Below, one piece after another: positions 12,478-23,584 of a stretch of 59,138 bases of DNA. How positions within the stretch are numbered: the first letter of the stretch is position 1; each line of letters begins with the position of its first letter. This DNA comes from Octopus bimaculoides. Lineage: Eukaryota. The stretch covers positions 141,030,647 through 141,089,784 of the forward strand of contig NC_068981.1 of assembly GCF_001194135.2 (NCBI RefSeq). The letters run 5' to 3'. The notes under the pieces were generated by a model, which was not told the DNA's origin, searched no databases, and saw only the letters and a program-made list of their open reading frames with translations. The position numbers and the translations under genes are program-made.

Positions 12478-13305
12478 ATAACTGTAGAAAATCCACTGAA
12501 ATTACACTGTGATGTTAGTTTTCATGTTGATCATTTTAACACTGAGAGCTTGTTATCATCCCGAAAATGAAGAAGGATGCTGCGAAATTTGCAAACTTAT
12601 TCAAATCATTCCCTGTGTGGAGATGTAATCCCAAGTCTAAAAGGCAATAGTATCGCAGAGTCTAATTATTCATTTCGAAAGTAAAAGATACAGCTAAACA
12701 AAGACAGAAAGAGGATCCACAAAAACAAGAGAACCCCGCAGTAGTAAACTAAAAATGATCTGAATATAAGTTGCATAACTATTAGATATGTTTTAGCATT
12801 GTCTTCGGCTAGTGAATTTTAATTTCATGAGGCATACGTATATTATCACTATAAACATTAGTTACACCATTCAATAAGAACATATAACCATTAGCTATAT
12901 ATCAGTTGCATAGCTGCATAAATACTCGATCAAATCGAGACTTAAAATCATGCAAGGTTGAATACAACACAAATTGGATTGCTGCTTTGAACTGGTATAA
13001 ATGTTACTAGCAATAAGGTAAATGAGTTATGTGAAGCAGTAATGAGGCATTTTAATTGAATGATGAGTATGTTTTAAAGGAATGGCAGAGAATCGACAAA
13101 AATAATAGCTATTGTTATAAGTAAACACATATGCCAACATAGAATACCATATTCCAAGAATGAGAAAAGGATATTCTATTATCAGATACCCAGTACATAT
13201 TACTTACAATAGGGCCGCTTGAAAACCACTCGCATCTAGATAATACGAAAGAAGATTTTTCCATTATTAGAATCGAAATAAAAATCTAGAAGAAATTTTG
13301 ATATA

Positions 13306-13353
13306 AAATTCTACTCCAGAAAGATAGATGACATATATGCTATATTGGAAAGC
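13306..13353 (+). pseudogene. Possible ancient PLE reverse transcriptase YxDD-motif relic
   Basis: Translates KFYSRKIDDIYAILES, resembling the PLE motif (F/W)xRYVDDIFAI; no further motifs confirmed. Confidence 0.25.
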
Positions 13354-13852
13354 TAAAATATATTAACGGGTAAGAGGAAAGCTGCTTCGTTGACAGTACT
13401 TAGTCAAAGGACATAAACAAATAACAATTTTCAAATGTCTCGTTATTCAGCTGAGAGGAAATTACTTTTGATTGTGGCCTAAAAGCAATACAACATAATA
13501 ATAAACTACTTAAACATATATTATACAAACACATATTTTGCTTACGATTTTGCTGATCTTGCGTAAAGAAAAAAAAAACAATATTTATGTGGCTGCTCTT
13601 TTTCTGTATAAATAGTATATAAAACAGGCACGTCCTGACTTATGTCATCTCTAATGATTTTGTAACTAGATGTTTTAATAAAAATTCAAAATACAAACTG
13701 AAAAAGTTTTAGTACAAATATACCGCGAATCGAATTGCAAGCTAAATATGAATATGAGGACACACGCGGGAAAATAATGTTTTCATAAACAGAAAAAGAA
13801 CAAAAGGGCAAAATAAAACTGAGAAAAATCACCAAATTTAACAAGGAAAAAG

Positions 13853-13972
13853 CTGTCATGATGCTGCAGTTGGGATGCCATTAAATCATTTTGCTTTACT
13901 AACATTGAATTCTTGAGCTCAAGTTGTTTACCTCAGGAGGGAGAAGAAATTAAAACCTCAGTTCAAAATATC
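13853..13972. repeat. Right arm of the 120-bp inverted repeat; contains a TACTAAC branch point (13897-13903) and a CAG acceptor (13934-13936)
   Basis: Direct sequence comparison with 9746-9865. Confidence 0.97.
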
Positions 13973-14074
13973 ATTTGCTTCGCCGGAAACAAATGAAATT
14001 TCTCGTGTTATAGAAATAGAGATATATTCACAGTATGGAATAAAATGGTTCGAAAAATCCTGATGCTGGAACAG
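13937..14074 (+). other. Candidate 138-nt exon with a stop in every frame (UTR, non-coding or poison exon)
   Basis: Perfect TACTAAC with the branch A 34 nt upstream of the AG; TTGTTTACCTCAG|G acceptor; ACAG|GTAAAT donor. No transcript evidence is available. Confidence 0.45.
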
Positions 14075-14339
14075 GTAAATACATATTTAAATGTATAACT
14101 GAAACAAATATATAGAAATACAATTTAGGTGCTGCACACATATGCCACGTACATAATCTTCACATACAACACAAATGTTAAAGAAATAAATCTGAACACC
14201 TGTGGTACAAATTGATTCGTATTTTCATAATTTAGCAAGAGGCTGTAACATAATTGATAACGATGATCATGACGACGGCTGCAATAATGAGGAGGGAAAA
14301 AATAAAGCAAAGGAGAAGGGTGCGAATGAAAAGATGAAA

Positions 14340-14478
14340 GATAAAGGTGAAGATGGGGATGATGACAATAATGTTGCGATGATAATGATGATGTTGAGAA
14401 TGTTGCCGCCACTGCTTCTGCTGCTGCTGCTGATAATGATGATGATGATGCTGTTGAAGATGATGATGATGATGATGG
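14340..14478. repeat. (GAT)n/(CTG)n triplet low-complexity tract
   Basis: Directly visible. Confidence 0.9.
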
Positions 14479-15440
14479 GGATCAGATTCGGTGATATTTC
14501 AGATTGAATCTTGTTCATGCACATAACGACGAGTATAATGATTAAGACGATACAACATTTCGATTCTCACTAACCTCAGAAAGGCCGTATTCTATGGGTG
14601 ATACCAGTAAAAGAATAAAATAAAAAAGGATTACTTTTTTTTGTTTAAATAAAAACTGACTAAATTGAAATGAAGTAAATTGCGATGCACAATGGCAACA
14701 CCTCCACAGAATGCAATTAACATTGCACATCTGCAGATGTTTGAAATTAACATGTTTTGGGCAGACCTTAAAAATAGTTGAGAATTTTTAAAGAATTAAT
14801 TTCCAGAAAGTGTTTCAGTGTTGCAAATTTCATTAATTGCGCTGGCAACAAGCTGGAAATATTATTTTGATATCTGTTTTCAATTAATTTAATTACTATG
14901 GCGGATGATGCATTGTCTTTCTTTAAGTCAGATTCTGAAAAAAAAAATTGAAATAACAACAATTATTCGCCCATTTTTAAACATTAATGTTCTGACCAGA
15001 ATTTCACTCGTAAATTTCAAAACTTGTCCGCATCATTAACATTCCAAATGTATTTATATGAATTTATGTTGTTTTCAAATCTCATCGGAAAAATGAACAG
15101 GTGTGTATTTGCTACTGACTGCATTTAACGCTTAGTCAAGTATTTCTATTGGTTCAATAAATAATGCATGTTAGAGGCATATCCAAGAGAGTTTAGATAT
15201 AACGGTAATTCGGCAATGCAACGTGATACGATTTTTGCTTGTCCCGCTCGGTATGTGTTGGCATCATTGTAACGTTTAATGATCGCGAATACGTTTACCA
15301 TGCAAGTAATTTACTCAAGTACAGCGCATTTGTTAGTGAGCCAAATGGACTTAAAATACATATATGGAAGATTATTTTAATTCTTAGAAATCAATGTTCT
15401 TAGTTGCAAAGTATCAGCATGAGTATAAATACATTTATAC

Positions 15441-15493
<53 letters not shown>

Positions 15494-15556
15494 CATACAT
15501 ATATCTATATACATATACATATATATATGTACACACACACACACACACACATATGT

Positions 15557-15757
15557 GAATGGAGTAGATAAAATCCAACCTACATATGTTTCATAACTAG
15601 CAGAGCATCGGGAATTGTAATTATCCATACGATGGGTAATTCTCTAGCCATTTCGCCAATGAGTAGTTAGCAGATAACCCCTCATTTTCATAATTGCTAC
15701 TTCTGAGGTTCTGCTAGCTATGAAACATTTGTAGCCTGGATTCCATCTACTCCATTC
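15557..15757. repeat. 201-bp imperfect palindrome (MITE-like hairpin)
   Basis: GAATGGAGTAGAT..ATGTTTCATA.CTAGCAGA at the left is complementary to TCTGCTAGCTATGAAACAT..ATCTACTCCATTC at the right. Confidence 0.85.
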
Positions 15758-16684
15758 TCTAAGTTTGGATTTCTTTTCGCATACAGACCAACATCTGCTG
15801 CTAACCATTTGCTATAAAATAATATTTTCAGACTATCCAACTTCTATACAGGAAAACCTTGCAACCTTCTATGTCAATAAACACTAATGTTCCTGAAAGT
15901 TGTTATCGATACCTTCTATGAACTACAGTTTGCTCCTTGGATCCTACCTTTACCCCCCCCCCATATATGACCGCAGTCACATGACTGAAACAAGTAAAAT
16001 AATAAAAGAATATATATATATATATGCATTCTTAAGTACACAACTGAATATATAGCGTACAGGTATTGAAATTATGTTATACTGTTTACAAATATCAGCA
16101 TGATTTCTCATATATTATATACATGACATGTTATTCCATTATGAAGTCTTATAATAAGTATTTTATTCCAGACTGATATATGCTAGATATTTTGGATACA
16201 ACTATACAGAGCACTTCCTGAGTGTTAAAGTAATACGATTGCTTATTGTTCAAGCAAACTTCTAAACGTACTGACACGCCTGGCAATGGCCTTTGACTAT
16301 TCAGCTGTTCTCTACTATAAGCTAGAAATTGAGATATTCGTATTTGCTGTCCAATAAGAAATATTTAGAAGGCTTGAGTATTAAATGCCAATATCAATCC
16401 TAGCTCTTTAGTGTCCTTCCTTTTATATTCTATGACCTTACTAAATCCCTTATAAAAGATAAACTCTTAAGTTTTGTTCATTGAACCAGAGCAAATATCA
16501 ATCTCATAATTTAGCATTCCAGAAAAGAAAGATGAAATATATTCTATGCGTCTATAGTGATATCATAGAAGGATGGTCCGTAACTATTCATGCGCACATG
16601 CTACTAATGAATTGAAATATTGCCTCTAAAATTTAAATTCGCTCCCACATCTTTCAGAATGAAGTTTACACTTTTTATACTTAC

Positions 16685-16735
16685 TGCCGTAGATATATGA
16701 CTTGATAAGCAAATACAATTTCCAATATTGAACGC
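16685..16735 (-). other. Candidate 51-nt internal exon (all three frames open)
   Basis: ACATTGCAG| acceptor and GCA|GTAAGT donor on the minus strand; length divisible by 3; no recognisable protein. Confidence 0.2.
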
Positions 16736-17121
16736 CTGCAATGTTTTTACAAATAAATTGAGAAACGTTGTTGCACGTTACCTAATACAAATAAAACTAC
16801 TATAGAACTTTATAAAACGAAAAAATCTCTTATATGATATATTAGAACTATGCGATTGTCCAGGTTGCAGTTATGTCATAAAAAATATTTCCAAGGAAAT
16901 GAATAAATGAAGAAGAAATTTAAGAGTGTTTTTGTGTTATTACGTCTGATGTAGAGTTAGAATGTGACAACTACGCATTTGTATAAGTATTTATATATGT
17001 ATTTATGTACGTACATATACGAATGCATATAAATATACGTACATATGCACATATATGTATATATGTATATATATATGTATATGTACGTAGTATATATACA
17101 TAGAGAGATAGTGAAAAAGAA

Positions 17122-17162
<41 letters not shown>

Positions 17163-19365
17163 ACGGGAGAAAGAGGGGAGAATATGTGTGTATGTTTCTA
17201 TGTAAATTTATACGTATAACATTATATGAGTAGACATGAATATGTACAAATAAAAATGCCATAAATATTTAAAACGAAAGAAGATAACACATAAAGTGGT
17301 ATTTTGTAATAGAAAAGCTAGGAATACGCCCCCTGAAAGATACCACCAATATCATTCAGATTCAATAATGAGAAAACAATTGGTATGAGAAGTGACGGAA
17401 TGCAACCTATGAGGTAAAACGGATGCAGGAGAATCCAAGAGAGTGAATATGAAAGAAAACTGAAGATGAAATAAATAACCAAAAGAGAAAATGAAAGAAA
17501 ATTGGAATTCTTCAAAGAAAGAAATCAAAGAATAATAGTGAAGCAAAAAAGAAAAAAAAAAGGAAAAAAAACTGTTACAATAAAATTATATTATATGATA
17601 GAGAAAGAAAATACACTCGGCAAAAAATTCCAAAATGGAAGATTGAATGAAAGAAATGAATACCTATATGAACGTAAAAATAAATCACAAGAATAGATTT
17701 GAGCCGCTTTTGCAAAATGATTGCAATAAGCACATCGCGACATAACAATAGATGGTTTAGAGGAAAAGTGTTAAAATATCTGTATAAATGCAAGTATAAG
17801 GTTATGCTGAGATAATGCTGGAATCAATACATAACTCATATAGGTTGTAAAATTGAAGAGTTCGAGGATTAAATAGAAAAGAACAAAGAACACCTATTCT
17901 GTAAAAGTATTTTCTATTCTGAATTTGTCAGTGGAAAACAAAAAAAAAAAAACAAAGGAAATGTTTAATCTCATATTGAGCCTTTGTTGGAAAAAAAAGG
18001 GTTTGTAACAGGAATAAAGATTATGATAAGCATCTTTGATATTTGACGTTTTTTTTTTCATTGTTTTAAACCTAGATTTGTATTTTTTGTTTACTTGTTT
18101 CATATTATTAAAACAAACGATAATGATAATTTCTAAAATATTTTAAAGACGTATACTTGTGAATGATAAAATAATTCTTTTTTTTTTCATTTTGTTTCTC
18201 AAGATGAAGATGCTCCATCAGAACACCTTACATGATAACCCCGTATAAAGGAATGGAAATTTAGGTCGACGATTTAAATGAAAATGGTAATTATTAAATA
18301 TCGAAATTACATATAAAGAGAATGAAGGAAACGATTTTTACACGAAGATTGTTCGTATTATTTTAGTAGTACTTTGGCTGCGACGTATACAAATAGAATG
18401 TATTGGAAGATAAATATTAGCTATTGTGATCAGTCGAGTACGAATACGAGTGGACAGGGCAATTATGATGTACGAAAAGTAAACTTCTTTTCGGTTGACG
18501 TTGAAATGAAATGTATTGATAGCTTTCAATACTCTTCTAAATATATTACTAGAAAGGTCTAGAAACAATAGATTAAAAGGGAAAAGCTATAGAAAGTATA
18601 AATGAGATATGTTGGCACCATACATTCATAATGATGGAATAATGTATCTGACATTTTATTCCTTAGCAGAGGGGTAAAGATTGCAAAAGCCGTATCAATT
18701 ATATGCATATGAGTATAAAATACTATTATATCTATATATACGTGGCTATGTTAGTATGCGTGTGATTTATTTACGGTGGGATTGATATGGGAATGTGTGT
18801 AAGGATGAATTCATTTATGATATATATCCGAAAGCTTAGAAAGAATTCAGCTGTGTGATATTTCGATGAGAAGTTAATAGCCTTCGAGGTTTCAGAACGT
18901 GTTGTGACCTCCGTCATCAATATATTACGCTTGATGCGTGTTATCATTATTATTGAATTATTTTGTGTTTGGCACAAGGACACACATTTTGAATGTCCCT
19001 ATATTGATGACGTCAGATGGATCTAAACTTTAGGCATATATATTTAGGTATAATTAAATACGTCTAGGCGTCTTCTTTAGCCTATTTTTCTTTCCATTTC
19101 AGACAATAATTTTCATTATGCTATCACAAATATTTCTATCGTACAACTTTGCATAATTTGTTCGACTTGTTCTCTAATACTATATTTCCTTCACAAATCT
19201 CTCCCCTACACTTGTTGCGTGTGTGTCTACACACACACACTCACACACACACATATATAAACAATTTAACATCAATTTGATTGCTTATTCCATCCTTTAA
19301 GAGGACACATTTTTTATTCTTTTACATGAATGGTACTCACATTAGTAGTAGTCGTGGTAGTGGTG

Positions 19366-19368
<3 letters not shown>

Positions 19369-19406
<38 letters not shown>

Positions 19407-19443
19407 GGTGGTGGTGGTGGTGGTGGCGGCGGTGGTGGTGGTG
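19369..19443. repeat. (GTA)n/(GGT)n triplet microsatellite
   Basis: Directly visible. Confidence 0.95.
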
Positions 19444-20587
19444 ATTCCCGACGTCTGGCAGGCGACATCGTTGCACACACAGGCAACATCTCTCCAACAA
19501 ATGTTCAGTTTGACTAGACGTTTTGGTGAGGTTTTCATGAGAGCACATCCTACTTTTCCGGAGTGCAAATCCTACTTCCAGAATAAATGATAGGCCTATT
19601 CTTTGACACGGCGATCCCCATACAGCGCATTGTGTCTAAGCATGACCTAAAAGATAACTAACCAGAAGATGGAGGGAGCTTACAGAATGTGGTTTCTGGA
19701 GGCAGAAAATAACCATTGAGTGTGTGTGAATGTATGCGTGCTTATGTGTGATACATAGTTGTATGTGGGTGTGGGTGTGCGCGCGCGCATGTGTGAGTAT
19801 ATGTACGAGTACTGTTGAGATTAGACTGTTTATATATTAGGGAGTGCTGCGTGGGATGGTTATGTTTATGTGTGTGTGAGTACGTGTGACAGTGGATCAA
19901 TAGGTTAGCAACAGTAGCGTGTAGCAAGAGCAGAATATGTGATCGAATGACCGTGAGGTGTGTATGTGTGTGTACGCGTATGACACTTTGTGTTTAGGTA
20001 TATGAGTGTGTGTATGTGCGTACGAATGTGCGTATAGGTGTTTTTTGTATGCATGTACGTATGTATGTATGTATGTATGTATTTATGTATGTATGTATGT
20101 ATGCGTTTACGTGAGTGTACGTATGAATACTTGTGTAATAGCGTGTGTCGGTGCATGTGTGGCGTTTTTGTATGTGCTTTTGAATATATGTTAACGTATG
20201 TGTATGTGCGTGCGTAGGTATATGTGTATGTACATGTGTGTATGTGTGCATTTGATGTGTACGTGTCCGTAGACGACAGATGTAAGTAAAGAGAGACGAA
20301 GAGAAAGAAGGCAAAAAAGAATGAGAGTTGTGAGAAGGAAACTGGAAGTTTTTACAAGAAGGCAGCAGTTAGAAGAGAAGACGAGTGTTTTAAATACAAA
20401 CGGTGTATGAGTTCGTAATAAATTGTACCGTTGCTCTGTACGACGACTGGTTGTGCAAGGTCCATGGTGTAAGTCAATGGGGTTTTGGACGGATAGGTAG
20501 TTGAGACAACGGACAGACGGTGGGAGAATTTTTTTTTTTGGCAAGTATCTTATAAATGTTCAGTAAACCTTTCGGTTGGACAGCTTT

Positions 20588-20740
20588 ATACATACGTACA
20601 TACATACATACATACACACATACATACATGCATACATACATACATGCATACATACATACATGCATAAATAAATACATACATACCTGTATGCATACAAACA
20701 TACATACATGCATACATACATACGTGCGTACATATAAACA
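20588..20740. repeat. (ATAC)n microsatellite, imperfect
   Basis: Directly visible. Confidence 0.95.
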
Positions 20741-20996
20741 TACAAGAATTTTTTCAACCAGGTAGGTCATTGTCGGATTGCACAAGTCTTTATTAACTAA
20801 CTATAAATCCCTTCAGTTAATCACTACATGTTATTGTCCGTCATTTCAGCCAACGATGGCTTATCTGGCCGAATCTCCGAAGTCAGTGTCAAATGCATTC
20901 TTGTATAAGTATAAAATATATAAGAAACATGTGTGTATGTGTGTGTGTGTGTTTGTGTGTGTGGGGGTATGAAATAGTGAATATGCGTATGTATGA

Positions 20997-21056
<60 letters not shown>

Positions 21057-22303
21057 CAGTGTGCTTGATGTTTCACAAGGAAAGAGGAGAGATTCACAAG
21101 ATAGTCACGGGTCGGTGATGAAAGTGACTGTGTATACCCATGATACGAACGTTTGAGAAGGGAAGAGAAAGCTCAATGTAATTCATAGGATTGACGAATA
21201 TAGAGATCTCATTCATATAACACGCTATTTGAATCACTAAAAGACCGGTTTGCGCATTCAAAATGAAGTGAGAATAGATGTGATCTAGAGTTAGGTGATA
21301 CTGACATGGATATTTTATAATAGATTCCAGGTCATCCAAGGTAAGTCCGCAGACTGGGGTAAAAGTAGAATGAAAAAAAAAAAACAGCGTGTATCTATCT
21401 ATCTCGAGGGCAGTGCCTCAACAAGGTAGCAGTCTAATGACTGGATCAAGCAAAAGGATATTCCTTAATATGATATCAGGACGAAAACATAATTTTCTTT
21501 TGACGGATTTTTCCTATATTCCCTAATTCTTTTTCGCTGAAGATGTAGTGTTGTTGCTCAATGAAATATATATATTTTTGTTCAATGAAATATATAACAT
21601 ATGCAAAGCTATTCTATAAACCACTGTGAGTGGCATTATGAACAATTTCTTAATCCCTTATTTACTCTAAAATCTCTCCAATTACGTCTAAATTATAAAT
21701 TATATGCCCCAAAGCGATACTATATTTTTCGCCTGTTCATTTTTCTTTCTAATATATATCTACTCCCTCAATGTTTAACAACTGACTACCATTCGTTGCT
21801 GAACGGCGCATATTTCTATACACAAATGCACAAACATGTATATAAACAATAATGTTTGAAAATTATATATATATATATATACGTACGTTTACGGATGTAT
21901 ATACATGTACATAAGCACACACACACATCGCGCGCGCGTATATACATATGAATATATATTCATACACACACATTCATATATGTTTGAGAGTAGGTTTATA
22001 TCGACTCTTGATGGATCCTTATATATCTCAAGTCATAAAGGAAAAAATCATATAAGTCAGGGAACGCAAATGTCACGTGTATTGTTTGGGGAATCGATGT
22101 GCAATTAGTCTCAAAGAGTTAAAGGTTTCTCAGTCAAACACTATTTCTTTAAAGACGATTACACTTAACCTTGTAGCGTTGATGGTTCATATATATGACA
22201 TTTGATTTCCCGGTCCATCAAAATATTTCCAAAACATGTGTATGTAAAAAAGAAGTCTGTACATTCTTTCTTAAATATTTCCATATTTTTTCCTCTCTAA
22301 CAG

Positions 22304-22398
22304 ACATAAAAACAAACTCTGCACGATTTCGAAATGAACTAAATGAAGCATGTATTACTAAACACGGGATCACTACGTTCGAAACGCTATTAGCCTAA
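22304..22398 (+). CDS. Candidate terminal coding exon, xIKTNSARFRNELNEACITKHGITTFETLLA*; product unknown
   Basis: Strong acceptor TTTTTCCTCTCTAACAG|, frame open to TAA, AATAAA at about 22440 followed by a U-rich tract; no homology recognised. Confidence 0.28.
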
Positions 22399-23521
22399 TT
22401 GGCTTTAATCTTCCGGTTGAAACGATTGGTAGATCATCGAATAAAATGTCACATTTTTTCTCCCTACTTTCTTGTATTTTTTTTTTTTAATCTTTTGCTG
22501 GAAAAAAGGTATTTGCGGGCAAAAAAAGAAATTACGACATTTAGGAACTAGTCTAGTAATGTCAGTCGCTGCTTGATGATGTTGAATTCTCTGCGTATGT
22601 ATTTATAGTATACTTTATGCAGGTGTATGTATATNNNNNNNNNNNNNNNNNNNNNNNNNNNNNNNNNNNNNNNNNNNNNNNNNNNNNNNNNNNNNNNNNN
22701 NNNNNNNNNNNNNNNNNNNNNNNNNNNNNNNNNNNNNNNNNNNNNNNNNNNNNNNNNNNNNNNNNNNNNNNNNNNNNNNNNNNNNNNNNNNNNNNNNNNN
22801 NNATATATATATATATATATATACATATATATATTCATACATATACATGAATGCGCATGTATTTGCATTTATACATAAGTACATATAATTATATATTCAT
22901 ATAAAAGTATAATTGCGTGTGTATGTGTATATATTATACACATAAATGTATATGAGTATATATTATAACACACATATGAAACATATTGGAACCGCATTTT
23001 AGTCCAAATATTGCATTTTATTCTTAGGAAACTAATTTCTAATATTATCGTTACCTCAAGCTTACATTACTAATATATGTTTGATGTAGGGTTTCTTTTA
23101 AAGTAGGCTATTATATTACATGTATTATATTTTGTCGAAGAACTAATTTGTTAAATAAGGCCTGACACATATTCTATCAACCACTTATTCTGAGTCTCTA
23201 AATTAACGAGCTGTAAACAAACTATTACTGTTTGTTAAGCGGTTGAACCTAGCTCACGGCAGGAAACACAGATTAGGGCAGAGACATCAAAGCCCTTCAT
23301 TCACCAAATGACACATATGAAAAGAGATTTCACATAATGTAGGCGTAGTAAAGTGAACGGTAGTGCCACAGCATGACCGCAGCTTTCAGACTCAAACTAG
23401 TTATAGATTGAAGGTTAAAGATTGTCGGTACAAACTCAGACACACACACACACGCACACACATAACGACATACACTTCTATCTATCTATCTATCTATCTG
23501 TAAATTATCTCTCTCTTTCTT

Positions 23522-23584
<63 letters not shown>

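Noticed and set aside
9746-13972. The 120-bp inverted repeat as terminal inverted repeats of a 4.2-kb DNA transposon
   Set aside because: No target-site duplication, no recognisable TIR terminus and no transposase between the arms. A degenerate non-autonomous element is not fully excluded.
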